A stretch of 64,000 nt of DNA from Bacteroidales bacterium (lineage in GTDB: Bacteria > Bacteroidota > Bacteroidia > Bacteroidales > UBA1402). Position 1 is the first letter of the stretch; each line of letters opens with the position of its first letter. Under the pieces are notes generated by a model. That model did no database searches. It was not told where the DNA came from and saw only the letters and a list, made by a program, of their open reading frames with translations. Shown here piece by piece: positions 27,387 through 38,923 of the stretch. The stretch is from positions 8,945 to 72,944 of the forward strand of contig JAAYBL010000144.1 of assembly GCA_012718945.1 (NCBI GenBank), read 5' to 3'. A program made the position numbers and the translations under genes.

Positions 27387-29288
27387 ATGGATATGACGAA
27401 GACCCCCCTTCTTGACCGGATCCAGTACCCGAGCGATCTCAGGAAGCTGGAAATCAATGAGCTGAAGCAAGTTTGCGATGAATTACGACAACTAATCATT
27501 GATGAACTGGCTGACCACCCCGGTCACCTGGGTGCCAACCTGGGCACTATCGAACTCACTGTTGCTTTGCATTATACCATGCAAACACCGGAAGACCTGC
27601 TGGTGTGGGACGTGGGGCATCAGGCATACGCTCATAAAATACTGACGGGCCGCAAAGCCAGTTTTTCCACCAATCGCCAGTTCAAGGGCATCAGCGGATT
27701 TCCCCATCCTGCGGAAAGTTCCTATGACACCTTCGTCTCCGGGCATGCATCCAATTCCATCTCTGCCTCTCTAGGTATGTCGATTGCCACCAGGCTTGAG
27801 AAAAAAAACCGCTTGGTTGCCGCTATCATCGGCGATGGGTCCATGTCGGGTGGCCTGGCATTTGAAGGTTTGAACAACACCTCTGTACATCCAAACGACC
27901 TGCTGATCATCCTTAACGACAACCACATGTCCATCGACAGGAATGTGGGAGGGCTGAGTGAGTACCTGGTCAAAATGACCACATCCAAGCATTACAACAG
28001 CTTTCGCTGGAAAACATACCTGATGCTCAAGCGGTTAGGCATCATAGATGAAAACCGAAAAACCAGGCTGCTTCGTTTCGGCAACAGCCTCAAAGCCTTG
28101 CTCACCAACCAACACAACTTGTTTGAAGGGCTGAACATCCGTTACCTGGGTCCTGTGGACGGACACGATGTGGAAGGCCTGGTCAAGGTGCTCAAGGATA
28201 TCAAAGACATGAAAGGGCCTAAGTTGCTGCATGTCTGTACCGTCAAAGGCAAAGGCTTCGCTCCGGCCGAACAGGATGCCACCCAATGGCACGCTCCCGG
28301 CCGTTTTGACAAGAACACGGGAAAAATTCTTACCAAAGCCAAAGGCAAGGACGAGCCCCTCAAGTTTCAGGACGTCTTTGGTCACACGCTGGTGGAACTC
28401 GCCGAGCGTAATCCGTCCATTGTGGGCATCACACCGGCTATGCCCACCGGTTGCTGCATGAACCTGATGATGGAACGCTTTCCAGAACGTGCCTTCGACG
28501 TGGGTATAGCTGAGGGCCATGCGGTGACTTTCTCCGGAGGGCTGGCCAGCCAAGGACTCATTCCCTACTGCAACATCTACTCATCGTTTGCCCAGCGGGC
28601 ATACGATAACGTCATACACGACCTGGCCATCCAGAAACTACCGGTTGTGCTCTGCCTGGACAGGGCTGGCCTGGTAGGTGAAGACGGCCCTACTCACCAC
28701 GGTGTTTTCGACATCCCCAGCCTCCGCTGCGTGCCCAACCTCATCTTAAGCTCCCCCATCGACGAGCATGAGTTGCGCAACCTGATGTTCACCGCCCAAT
28801 TGAAACCTCAAGGCCCATTTGTCATCCGTTACCCCAGAGGCAACGGTTTCCTGACCGACTGGCGCAATCCCATGGAAGAAATACCCATCGGGAAGGGGGT
28901 ATGCCTGCGGGAAGGAAAGGATATTGCCCTGCTTTGCATTGGACCTGTTGGTAAAACAGCTGAACAAGTGGCCGAAGACCTTCACAATGAAGGTGTATCT
29001 GTTGCCCTTTATAACATGCGTTTCGTCAAACCCCTTGATACCGAACTGCTGCACACAATCGGACAGCGTTTCAACAAGGTGGTGACCATCGAAAACGGCG
29101 CTCTGATGGGCGGTTTTGGTTCCGCCATCCTCGAATTTTTCTGTGAACAGGGTTACATGAGCACCATCAAGCGCTTAGGTATCCCCGATCACTTTATTGA
29201 ACATGGTTCCCTGGCTGATTTACACGCCCTGTGCGGTATTGACGCCAACGGCATCAAACAGACTGTACTCGACCTTCTGAAGCGTTGA
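27387..29288 (+). CDS. dxs: 1-deoxy-D-xylulose-5-phosphate synthase
   Basis: N-terminus [14 protein letters not shown]. Motifs GHLGANLG and [17 protein letters not shown], with TPP motif [17 protein letters not shown]. About 633 aa. Confidence 0.95.
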   Translation: MDMTKTPLLDRIQYPSDLRKLEINELKQVCDELRQLIIDELADHPGHLGANLGTIELTVALHYTMQTPEDLLVWDVGHQAYAHKILTGRKASFSTNRQFKGISGFPHPAESSYDTFVSGHASNSISASLGMSIATRLEKKNRLVAAIIGDGSMSGGLAFEGLNNTSVHPNDLLIILNDNHMSIDRNVGGLSEYLVKMTTSKHYNSFRWKTYLMLKRLGIIDENRKTRLLRFGNSLKALLTNQHNLFEGLNIRYLGPVDGHDVEGLVKVLKDIKDMKGPKLLHVCTVKGKGFAPAEQDATQWHAPGRFDKNTGKILTKAKGKDEPLKFQDVFGHTLVELAERNPSIVGITPAMPTGCCMNLMMERFPERAFDVGIAEGHAVTFSGGLASQGLIPYCNIYSSFAQRAYDNVIHDLAIQKLPVVLCLDRAGLVGEDGPTHHGVFDIPSLRCVPNLILSSPIDEHELRNLMFTAQLKPQGPFVIRYPRGNGFLTDWRNPMEEIPIGKGVCLREGKDIALLCIGPVGKTAEQVAEDLHNEGVSVALYNMRFVKPLDTELLHTIGQRFNKVVTIENGALMGGFGSAILEFFCEQGYMSTIKRLGIPDHFIEHGSLADLHALCGIDANGIKQTVLDLLKR

Positions 29289-29306
29289 GTGTAATCCCTT
29301 TTAAGT

Positions 29307-30644
29307 ATGAAGATTATCGTTGACGGCGCCGGAGAGGTGGGTACCCACCTGGCCAAAATGTTATCCAGGGAAAACCACCACATCATTGTGTTGGACACCA
29401 ACGAGGCGCATCTGTCCTACCTGGATGCCAACTACGACCTACAAACCTTGGTAGGCGGTCCAACGTCCATCGAAAAACTCAAAGAAGCCGGCGCCTCTTC
29501 GTGCGATTTGTTCATTGCCGTCACGCCAGATGAAAGCCGCAACCTCACTGCTTGTATCCTGGCTGCCAAACTGGGCGCAAAAAAAACGGTCGCTCGCATC
29601 GACAACCCGGAATACATGCACGATGAGTATAAAGCCTTTTTCGACCAATTGGGCATCCACTCGTTGATTTATCCTGAACAATTGGCTGCCAAGGAAATTG
29701 TCAACAGCCTCAAACGGCCCTGGGCCAGGCAATGGCACGAGTTCAGCAACGGCAAACTGGTGCTTATCGGTGTTAAGGTACGCGAAGGAGCACCGATTTT
29801 GGGAAAGACCCTGGCTGATGTCTTCAGGGAAGAAAATGATCTGCGCGTGGCCGCCATCAAACGCCACAATGTCACGCTCATCCCCGCTGGTAAAGATATG
29901 GTTCAACACGGCGATTTGGTTTACTACATCGCCAAGCCTTCGGCGGTGGAAACCATCAGAGTCTTGAGCGGTAAGAAAAGCGACGACATCAAAAATGTCA
30001 TGTTCATGGGGGGCAGCCGCATCGCCATCAAAACCACCCAATTACTGGGCAATGAATTCACACTCAAGATGATCGAACAAAACAGGACAAGGATAGACTG
30101 GCTCACCACCTGTGTCAATCCTGACACGATGATCATCCATGGAGACGGTAGGGATGTGGAACTGTTGGAAGCGGAAGGCATCAAAGAAATGGACGCCTTC
30201 ATCTCCCTGACTGGCAGTGCCGAAACCAACATCCTTTCTTGCCTGGAAGCCAAACGGTATAAAGTGAGACGAACCATCGCCGAGGTGGAAAACATCGACT
30301 ACATTCCATTGGCTGACGGTTTAGACATCGGCATGATCATCAACAAGAAATTACTGGCCGCCAGTCATATCTACCAAATGATGTTGGCTGCCGATGTTTC
30401 CAGTGTCAAAAGCTTGACTTTTGCCGACGCTGAGGTGGCCGAATTTGTGGTCGGCAATAAGGCGCGCATCACCAAGAGTCCCGTCAAAGACCTCAAGTTG
30501 CCTGATAACGTCAGTCTGGGTGGTTTGGTTCGCAAAGGCAAGGCTGTGCTGATTTACGGTGATACCCGATTGGAAGAAGGAGACCACGTTGTGGTCTTTT
30601 GCCCTGACTCCACCATCAATCGCATCGAAAAGTATTTCAAATAA
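29307..30644 (+). CDS. trkA: Trk system potassium uptake protein TrkA (two RCK/NAD-binding units)
   Basis: The sequence opens MKIIVDGAGEVGTHLAKML and has a second Rossmann unit (VMFMGGSRIA). 445 aa. Confidence 0.9.
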   Translation: MKIIVDGAGEVGTHLAKMLSRENHHIIVLDTNEAHLSYLDANYDLQTLVGGPTSIEKLKEAGASSCDLFIAVTPDESRNLTACILAAKLGAKKTVARIDNPEYMHDEYKAFFDQLGIHSLIYPEQLAAKEIVNSLKRPWARQWHEFSNGKLVLIGVKVREGAPILGKTLADVFREENDLRVAAIKRHNVTLIPAGKDMVQHGDLVYYIAKPSAVETIRVLSGKKSDDIKNVMFMGGSRIAIKTTQLLGNEFTLKMIEQNRTRIDWLTTCVNPDTMIIHGDGRDVELLEAEGIKEMDAFISLTGSAETNILSCLEAKRYKVRRTIAEVENIDYIPLADGLDIGMIINKKLLAASHIYQMMLAADVSSVKSLTFADAEVAEFVVGNKARITKSPVKDLKLPDNVSLGGLVRKGKAVLIYGDTRLEEGDHVVVFCPDSTINRIEKYFK

Positions 30645-30645
30645 C

Positions 30646-32106
30646 ATGAGCCGGGCATCGTTCAACATCAAACTGGTCATCAAGCTCCTGGGCTTCATGC
30701 TCTTCCTGGAAAGCGGCGCGCTGCTGTTGTCCGGGCTGGTTGCCTGGTGGTACAAAGGCGACGATACGCTTTGGTTCATGATTTCAGCAGGCATCACTGC
30801 GGCCTCCGGACTGATTTTCTATTTTATCGGACGTCAGGCCAAGCGGACCAATATCGGCAAACAAGAAGCTTACGCGTTTGTCACCCTTGTCTGGCTCTTG
30901 TTTTCTTTTTTCGGACTGCTGCCATATTACCTCGGAGGATACATCAACACCATCACCAACGCCTTTTTTGAAACCATGTCGGGTTTCACCACCACAGGTT
31001 CGAGCGTCATGTTGAATGTGGAAATCATGCCCCACGGTATCCTCTTCTGGCGCAGCCTCACCCAATGGATGGGTGGTATGGGTATCATCCTGCTCTCTCT
31101 GGCCGTCATGCCTTTGCTGAATATGGGCAATGTTGGCCTCTTCGCCGCCGAAGTACCCGGACCTAAAGTCGACAAACTTCAACCGCGCATCAGTGGAACG
31201 GCTAGGATACTATGGGCTATTTACCTGATTTTGACAGCAGCCGAGATTGTCCTGCTCAAGGTTGCCGGCATGGGCTTCTTCGATGCCATCTGCCACGCTC
31301 TGACCAGCATGGCTACCGGTGGTTTCTCAACCAAGAACAACAGTGTAGCCGCCTTCGATTCACCAGCCATCGAATACATCATCATCGCTTTCATGTTTAT
31401 GGCAGGCACCAGTTTCTCCTTGATATACTGGGCTTTCACTTTAAACTTTAAAAAGCTGAAACACAACGATGAATTCTCGTGGTACGTGTACGTCGTGGTT
31501 ATTGTGACAGTATTCCTGGCGTTCGGTTTGTGGCACGTAGAAAGCCTGCCCATCAACGATGCCTTCCGCACCGCTTTATTCCAGACTGTGTCCTTCCTGA
31601 CCACAACAGGATTCACCACCACCACGGGCTACATGCATTGGGAGCCCTTGTTGTGGAGTGTGTTCTTAGTAATCATGTTACTTGGAGGCATGTCGGGTTC
31701 AACAGCCGGCGGGATAAAGATTTCCAGAATCATCATCCTGGTCAGGCAAAGCAAGTGTGAGCTCAAACGTCAGGTTCACCCCAACGCCGTGATTCCTGTT
31801 CGCTACAATGGCAAGAACCTACCCGACACGATCGTTGCTTCTGTGTTTGGTTTTCTGGTTCTGTATATCTTGTTGGTCTTCTTAGGCACAGCTATTCTCT
31901 TGTCGGAAGGTCTATACCTGGACGATGCCTTGGGTGCCGTCATTTCCAGCATCAGCAACGTCGGGCCTGGTTTTGGCGCCTTTACGCAAAACTATTTCAT
32001 TATGCCGGATCTGAGTACGTGGACCTTATCCTTCCTGATGTTGGCAGGGCGCCTCGAACTCTTCACCGTCATCCTGCTACTGACACCCTGGTTCTGGAGG
32101 AAATAA
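30646..32106 (+). CDS. trkH: TrkH family potassium transporter
   Basis: Multi-pass membrane protein with TrkH selectivity-like motifs (SGFTTTGSS, TGGFST, TTTGFTT). ATG 30646 comes immediately after the trkA stop codon. Confidence 0.9.
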   Translation: MSRASFNIKLVIKLLGFMLFLESGALLLSGLVAWWYKGDDTLWFMISAGITAASGLIFYFIGRQAKRTNIGKQEAYAFVTLVWLLFSFFGLLPYYLGGYINTITNAFFETMSGFTTTGSSVMLNVEIMPHGILFWRSLTQWMGGMGIILLSLAVMPLLNMGNVGLFAAEVPGPKVDKLQPRISGTARILWAIYLILTAAEIVLLKVAGMGFFDAICHALTSMATGGFSTKNNSVAAFDSPAIEYIIIAFMFMAGTSFSLIYWAFTLNFKKLKHNDEFSWYVYVVVIVTVFLAFGLWHVESLPINDAFRTALFQTVSFLTTTGFTTTTGYMHWEPLLWSVFLVIMLLGGMSGSTAGGIKISRIIILVRQSKCELKRQVHPNAVIPVRYNGKNLPDTIVASVFGFLVLYILLVFLGTAILLSEGLYLDDALGAVISSISNVGPGFGAFTQNYFIMPDLSTWTLSFLMLAGRLELFTVILLLTPWFWRK

Positions 32107-32198
32107 CACCTGTTACTGGTACAAATTACACCCACCAAAAACAATGCCCGACTTCGCTTTCACTGGCGGAACCGGGCATTATAGAGAGTTAGTGTTTG

Positions 32199-33617
32199 TC
32201 ACTTGACGGGTTGACCGTTAATCAAGAGGTTGTCGTACACAACCTCCCTGGCTCCAGACACGCTGTTGCCCCTTTCAACCCCGTTGAACACGCAATTGCT
32301 CACTTTTATATCGTACACATTGTCCGAATCGGGCAATCCAGCAATCAACACACCGTAACGGCTCTTTTCACATTTCACATTGTCAAGAAAAACACGTCTG
32401 ACTGTGGGTGGGAAATCGCGCTGACAGTTTTCTCTGCTCTCATACAACAAATTGATTTTCAACACAGCCTCCCGACATTGTCCAACCTTGATGTTACGCA
32501 CGTAAATATCTTCAATCAAACCACCCCTGCAGGTGTTGGTCTTGATACGGATTACGCGATCCAGATTGGGACTGTCCATGGTGCAATCTTCCACAAAAAG
32601 GTTTTTATACCCCCCGGATATTTCACTACCAATCACCACACCGCCATGGCCATTTTTCATATGGCACCGACGCACAATGATGTTTTCACTGGGCACCTTC
32701 CATTTGCGGCCATCGTTGTTGCGTCCTGACTTGATGGCAATGCAATCATCACCCGTATCAAAAAAGCAGTCTTCAATCAACACATTTCGGCATGATTCCG
32801 GATCACAGCCATCTCCATTGGGACCGTCGTTGATAATGGTCACCCCTTTGACAACGATATTCTCGCTCAATAAGGGATGGATAACCCAGAACGCCGAGTT
32901 CAACAGGGTCACCCCTTCAATAAGGATGCGGTTGGACCGAACGATGTTCACAAGCTGCGGTCTCAAGGCATCTTCGTGCCCCATGATGCGCTTGTCAATG
33001 GACAGACCTTCCTCTGCCGACCGGAGCAGACGATTTCGTCCGCTCACATTCTGGCCAGGCATACCTGGTTTCCAACCATAACGGGGTGATCCACACATAC
33101 TCCACCACGTATCGTTGCTTCCTTGTCCGTCGATAATACCTTTTCCCGTAATGGCGATATTGGTTTCCCCATAGGCATAAATCATGGGGTGGTAGTTGTA
33201 ACAATCCACACCCTCCCAACGCGTCAATACCTGAGGAAGATAGAGGTTCTTATCGGGCGAGAACAACAATACGGCGCCAGCTTCCAGGTGTAGGTTGACG
33301 TTGCTCCTCAACCTGATGGGACCGGTTACATAACGACCGGCCGGTACAAGCACACGACCGCCTCCGTTGAGGCTGCATTCCAGAATGGCATTATTGATGC
33401 TCTCGTGGTTAAGGACGTTGGTATCATTGGGCACAGCACCGTAATGACGTACGTTGTAGTCACGCTTGGGGAAACGGGTACGCTCAATGTTTTTTTCAAT
33501 GTCGGCAGCCTCTTTCCAGGCTGCAGCCTGTGTCTTGAGCTCAGATGCCTGAAGGGTCTTGGGGGCTACATTTGCCATCAGCAATGTGGCCAGAAAGATC
33601 GTTTGGAATAGTCGCAT
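32199..33617 (-). CDS. Glycoside hydrolase family 28 (polygalacturonase-type), secreted
   Basis: GH28 signature residues NGDGCD, GDDCIAIKSG, GHGGVVIGSE and RIK. A signal peptide is present. Confidence 0.85.
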   Translation of the reverse strand: MRLFQTIFLATLLMANVAPKTLQASELKTQAAAWKEAADIEKNIERTRFPKRDYNVRHYGAVPNDTNVLNHESINNAILECSLNGGGRVLVPAGRYVTGPIRLRSNVNLHLEAGAVLLFSPDKNLYLPQVLTRWEGVDCYNYHPMIYAYGETNIAITGKGIIDGQGSNDTWWSMCGSPRYGWKPGMPGQNVSGRNRLLRSAEEGLSIDKRIMGHEDALRPQLVNIVRSNRILIEGVTLLNSAFWVIHPLLSENIVVKGVTIINDGPNGDGCDPESCRNVLIEDCFFDTGDDCIAIKSGRNNDGRKWKVPSENIIVRRCHMKNGHGGVVIGSEISGGYKNLFVEDCTMDSPNLDRVIRIKTNTCRGGLIEDIYVRNIKVGQCREAVLKINLLYESRENCQRDFPPTVRRVFLDNVKCEKSRYGVLIAGLPDSDNVYDIKVSNCVFNGVERGNSVSGAREVVYDNLLINGQPVK

Positions 33618-33634
33618 GAGTAATATGTTTTGAA

Positions 33635-33642
33635 CAAAAATA
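33635..33642 (-). promoter_or_regulatory. Putative -7 box TATTTTTG for the GH28 gene
   Basis: The reverse complement of caaaaata matches TAnnTTTG. It lies 18 nt upstream of ATG 33617. Confidence 0.45.
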
Positions 33643-33763
33643 AAGAAAAGCTCCTATTTACCTACTCTGTTACGGCATTTACGGCAATTTAGCCACAAGG
33701 TCCTACCTCTTTTAATGGGCACCTATGAAAATCACTTGCCTGTAAGGAGGCTGCCAGAAGCAA

Positions 33764-33796
33764 AAAGCCCCGAGGGAGCAAGTCCTTCGGGGCTTT
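33764..33796 (-). terminator. Rho-independent terminator of groES-groEL
   Basis: AAAGCCCCGAGGG pairs with CCTTCGGGGCTTT (13-bp stem with one wobble, 7-nt loop). It starts 21 nt after the groEL stop and is followed by TTTTT on the minus strand. Confidence 0.7.
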
Positions 33797-33816
33797 AAAA
33801 GGTAAGAATAGCAGGA

Positions 33817-35466
<1,650 letters not shown>

Positions 35467-35736
35467 TTAAAATTTTGCAAGAATGTCTGACTGACGCATG
35501 ATCAGCAACTTTTCACCATTTACTTCGATTTCGGTGCCGGCGTATTTGCCATACAAAACAACATCACCAACGGCAACCTGCATCGTTTCATCCTTGGTGC
35601 CAGGGCCTACGGCCACAACTTCGCCTTTCAAGGGCTTTTCCTTGGCAGAATCAGGGATAATGATGCCGCTCGCTGTTTTTTGTTCTGCGGCGGCCGGTTT
35701 GACCAGCACGCGGTCAGAAAGAGGTTTTAATGACAT
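35467..35736 (-). CDS. groS: Co-chaperonin GroES
   Basis: 89 aa, [12 protein letters not shown]...GEVVAVGPG. It lies 15 nt upstream of groEL. Confidence 0.97.
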   Translation of the reverse strand: MSLKPLSDRVLVKPAAAEQKTASGIIIPDSAKEKPLKGEVVAVGPGTKDETMQVAVGDVVLYGKYAGTEIEVNGEKLLIMRQSDILAKF

Positions 35737-35941
35737 AACGATAAACTTTTTGGGTTAATGATTGTGATACTATCGTTTCCGGGTTGCCCCGAGATTGCTT
35801 GATTGACGGTCAGCGTGGACCGACATTAACCTCCGAGCGAAATTCGTGCCAAACGCAGTCAGACAGTATTAATAAAGGAAATACTGACAAAACGACTCAG
35901 ATATGTCTAGGTCAGACTGACAAAACTGACAACTTGACCGC

Positions 35942-38131
35942 TTACCTAACCACGGCCTTGAGACGCGTAACAGGGAACGCTTTGCGCATGATGGTCACCA
36001 CATATATGCCAGACCGAAGCGACAACCGTTGGAACGACAGACCAAAGCCATTTACCTCATCCACCAGCCGACCATCCGGCGTGAACACCTGAATGCTTTC
36101 CACATCATTGGCGCTTACCCATAGTTGACCAGGTACATCAGAACCGACTTTTGGTGCGTTATCTTCGAACGTCTGTGGAAAGGAAAGCAATGTTTCATAC
36201 GTCAAACTGGACAATGTATTCAAGTTTCCCCCGGTCAAAACTGCCTCCTCCACATACACAGCAAGACTGTCTTCGGCTGGAGGAACCCCATTGCTCACCG
36301 CTGTCGAAGCCTGTATGCTGAATGTCAAAAGCGCTCCTTCAGAGCCCTCAAACAGTTGATTGTTGCTCATGGACCACAGCACCAAACGGTAACGTCCCGA
36401 GGCCCCTTGAACGGGCATGCACGAAACAGCGTGTCTTTTCACTCTTTCGGTCATCAACATGAACGAAGAGGGAGTCAGGGCATAACCAGCTGGCAAGACA
36501 ATATCAGCCTGCAAAGCCTGAACGGCCTCCGTATTATCCAGACAGAACTGCATAAGATAGGGGTCGCTGTCAGACTGCCTCACATAGACATGGTTGCCTG
36601 TCAACGAAGAGGCTCTTTCATAAACACGATTGAGCCTGACACTGCTGGCTACCCGATTTGCCGCTGCACTGGCAGTCGAACGTTCTTCAGGTGCGGCTGA
36701 GGGTGTCAAATAGCCGGCTGGCATGGAAGGAGAATAAACAGCTGCATGAATTACATCAACAATGCGAACAATGTCGGCCACGTTCAATTGACCGTTGTCA
36801 TCCATATCTGCCGCCGCCGACTGGAAACCGATGGGTGCACGGCCATTGATGGCTGCCACCAACCAGACAATATCGGTCACATTGACCAGGTTGTCACCAT
36901 CGGTGTCACCAAGGGTGTAACGGGGTAGAACCGTCAGTTTTCCATCGCTTAAACTCACATCAAGCACGCTGGCTGCCGTATCAACCAGCACTGCTTTTTT
37001 CAAGTCGAGTGTATACGTACGCAAGGTGTCTGCGGCTGATACATAAAGGTTGACAATGGCTCCCTCATTGCCTTTCAGGGTGTCCTTGCTGGTCATGGAA
37101 TAGGCCATAACCTTGTACTGTCCCGTCGTAGCCGAGGTTTTGGCAACCGACAAAAGGTGTTGCCCCTTGCGGGCAGCTGCCAAACATGTTTTCAGGGTAT
37201 CAAGCACCAGCCCATCGGGCAACAGTATGTCTACCTCAAAAGCAACGACAGGTCGTACATTCGACAAGGTTAACGCCACCATGGCCGTATCGGCTGTCTT
37301 GACACTGGTCGTTGTCAACGCCACCACACTCTTGGTGACCACCTTTTCCAGCGTCCATCCCTTGGATACTGCCAACGAAGGATCACAAGTTTCGCTTCCT
37401 GGGTTGTTGGCAAACAACAGGTTTTGGCTGGTTGAGGGTGTGGTCAAGGTGGGCAATGACTCAAATAATGTATCCAGGGTGGTCGTGTTTAAACTACAGG
37501 TGCCACATGAAAGATAGGAAAGGGCACCCGTCGGATGAATGGCTAAGGAGGTGAGCGGGTTAGTATGACACGTTAGTTTTTTCAAAGAGGGCAATCCGGA
37601 CACATCCAGGCTTTGCAATTGATTTTCTGAACACGTCAAGGTTTCCAAACACGTGTTGGCCGAGACGTCGAGTAGTTTCAGGTCATTCTTCCCAACATAA
37701 AGCGTTGTCAACAAGGTATTGGCCGACACATCCAGACTGGTCAACTGGCTGCTGGTACAACTAAGGTAGAGCAACCTGGGCGCTTTTGTGGGGTCCAACG
37801 CCAATAAGCGACGCGAATCAGCCTTGAAATAAGACAAGTTGTTGGTAGCAGCCACACAGACGTAATTACCTGGTTGTGCGTATACGTGACTGATCACTTT
37901 GTGGCTCATGGTATCAGGGATCATTTCGGTGTTTCCGTCACCCCAATCCACCCAGAGGCTGTCCTGAAAATCCAGCGTACAGCTCTTGGTTTGTGTACTC
38001 ACGGTGGACGAGACCTCCCAGGTCCAACGCAGGCTGTCGACAGCCGATGATTGGGCGGCCACCTCCTGGGAGACCAACCCTGACACCTGCAAGAGCAGGT
38101 ATAAAAAGATCAAAGAAACAGTGTTTTTCAT
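35942..38131 (-). CDS. T9SS-sorted surface protein: PKD-like segment, leucine-rich repeats, two cohesin-like modules flanking a dockerin, and a T9SS C-terminal domain
   Basis: Signal peptide present. PKD-like segment VDWGDGN...HVYAQPGNY. LRR register SLDVSANTLLTTLYVGKNDLKLLDVSANTCLETLTCSENQLQSLDVSGLPSLKKLTCHTNPLTSL. Two paralogous modules start at AFEVDILLPDGLVL and ALQADIVLPAGYAL. A dockerin pair lies between them. The C-terminus IQVFTPDGRLV...GIYVVTIM...KAVVR resembles a T9SS type A sorting domain. Confidence 0.7.
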   Translation of the reverse strand: MKNTVSLIFLYLLLQVSGLVSQEVAAQSSAVDSLRWTWEVSSTVSTQTKSCTLDFQDSLWVDWGDGNTEMIPDTMSHKVISHVYAQPGNYVCVAATNNLSYFKADSRRLLALDPTKAPRLLYLSCTSSQLTSLDVSANTLLTTLYVGKNDLKLLDVSANTCLETLTCSENQLQSLDVSGLPSLKKLTCHTNPLTSLAIHPTGALSYLSCGTCSLNTTTLDTLFESLPTLTTPSTSQNLLFANNPGSETCDPSLAVSKGWTLEKVVTKSVVALTTTSVKTADTAMVALTLSNVRPVVAFEVDILLPDGLVLDTLKTCLAAARKGQHLLSVAKTSATTGQYKVMAYSMTSKDTLKGNEGAIVNLYVSAADTLRTYTLDLKKAVLVDTAASVLDVSLSDGKLTVLPRYTLGDTDGDNLVNVTDIVWLVAAINGRAPIGFQSAAADMDDNGQLNVADIVRIVDVIHAAVYSPSMPAGYLTPSAAPEERSTASAAANRVASSVRLNRVYERASSLTGNHVYVRQSDSDPYLMQFCLDNTEAVQALQADIVLPAGYALTPSSFMLMTERVKRHAVSCMPVQGASGRYRLVLWSMSNNQLFEGSEGALLTFSIQASTAVSNGVPPAEDSLAVYVEEAVLTGGNLNTLSSLTYETLLSFPQTFEDNAPKVGSDVPGQLWVSANDVESIQVFTPDGRLVDEVNGFGLSFQRLSLRSGIYVVTIMRKAFPVTRLKAVVR
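36740..36910 (-). other. Dockerin type I-like duplicated calcium-binding module within the 35942-38131 CDS
   Basis: GDTDGDNLVNVTDIVWLVAAING and ADMDDNGQLNVADIVRIVDVIHA both fit the dockerin EF-hand-like pattern D-x-D/N-x-D/N-G-x-V-N-x-x-D followed by a helix. Confidence 0.6.
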
Positions 38132-38329
38132 GGCATTAATGGTTTTTCGTTTGGTTGAGCCCTTGGCTATCCCCCTCCTTTCGCGGATAGGCGGTACTGT
38201 TTCCTATTGGATCAAGCAGTCAACAATGTATGGGAATTGTCACCGTAAGCTCACCGCAAAGTTAACCTTTTATTTGCACTTGCAACACTTTGGCTATTTT
38301 TTTCTTTACCCCATTTTAATATTGGAAGC

Positions 38330-38365
38330 AAAAAAAATACCACCGATACAAAGCGAGGTGGTATT
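38330..38365 (-). terminator. Rho-independent terminator after the TonB-receptor/lipoprotein operon
   Basis: AATACCACC pairs with GGTGGTATT (9-bp perfect stem, 12-nt loop). A run of at least 6 T follows on the minus strand. It starts about 30 nt after the stop at 38396. Confidence 0.7.
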
Positions 38366-38395
38366 CAAAGCCCTAGCAATCAGTATGGAGAAACA

Positions 38396-38890
38396 TCAAG
38401 GCTCTGCCACAAGGCTCCCCGTATAAGTAAGGGGGTACATGCCACATTTCATTGACATGGTCAATTCACCATCCGTCATAACACCCTGAAGGTTTGTAAT
38501 AATAAAGCTCGGGAACGGACCGCCCATGGCATAGGGCATAAGGCTGTCACCACTCAAGGCAAAACCATCACTATTGGCCACGTATGACACATTATTGACA
38601 GTCATATCCAGAGAAAGGGGCATTTTGGGTGAAAAACGCACCTGATGCATCACCATGCGCAACCGTGTGTAAGCACCAGTCTTAGTTGAGTCAACAAGCG
38701 GTTCGATGGACACCACGACATTTTCGGTCGTGTAAAACGTGGAATCCAATTGATCGACCGACAAGGTACCTGAAAAGGAGGCAACAGCCACCTCTTTCTT
38801 TTCATCGAGGTTATCATCAGATTCATTACAAGCCAGGAAGCCAAAGCCAAAGACCATCAAGGAGGCAAAGAGGGTAATTTTCTTAAACAT
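38396..38890 (-). CDS. Small lipoprotein, possibly a lipocalin/calycin-like beta-barrel; function unknown
   Basis: Lipobox GFGFLAC. The 164-aa sequence is beta-rich. It lies 33 nt downstream of the TonB-dependent receptor, so it is likely co-transcribed. Confidence 0.55.
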   Translation of the reverse strand: MFKKITLFASLMVFGFGFLACNESDDNLDEKKEVAVASFSGTLSVDQLDSTFYTTENVVVSIEPLVDSTKTGAYTRLRMVMHQVRFSPKMPLSLDMTVNNVSYVANSDGFALSGDSLMPYAMGGPFPSFIITNLQGVMTDGELTMSMKCGMYPLTYTGSLVAEP

Positions 38891-38923
38891 GAATATAGTG
38901 TATTAAAGTAAATGAATGGGCGT

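Noticed and set aside
32199-33617. The isolated GH28 as part of a pectin utilisation locus
   Set aside because: It is flanked by trkH and groEL, with no SusC/D, esterase or lyase nearby. It appears to be a stand-alone gene with its own -7 box.
35737-35941. A CIRCE (HrcA) operator upstream of groES
   Set aside because: I looked for TTAGCACTC-N9-GAGTGCTAA on both strands and found no match.
35784-36092. A 102-aa plus-strand ORF spanning the groES upstream region and the 3' end of the T9SS gene
   Set aside because: The sequence is low-complexity with no start context. It overlaps the sorting-domain coding region of the opposite-strand gene.
38132-38395. The 264-nt intergenic spacer as a possible tRNA, sRNA or riboswitch
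   Set aside because: Only the terminator hairpin (38330-38365) is evident. A weak TAACTTTG match lies at 38257-38264, far (126 nt) from the T9SS gene start. There is no cloverleaf or conserved riboswitch core that I can recognise.
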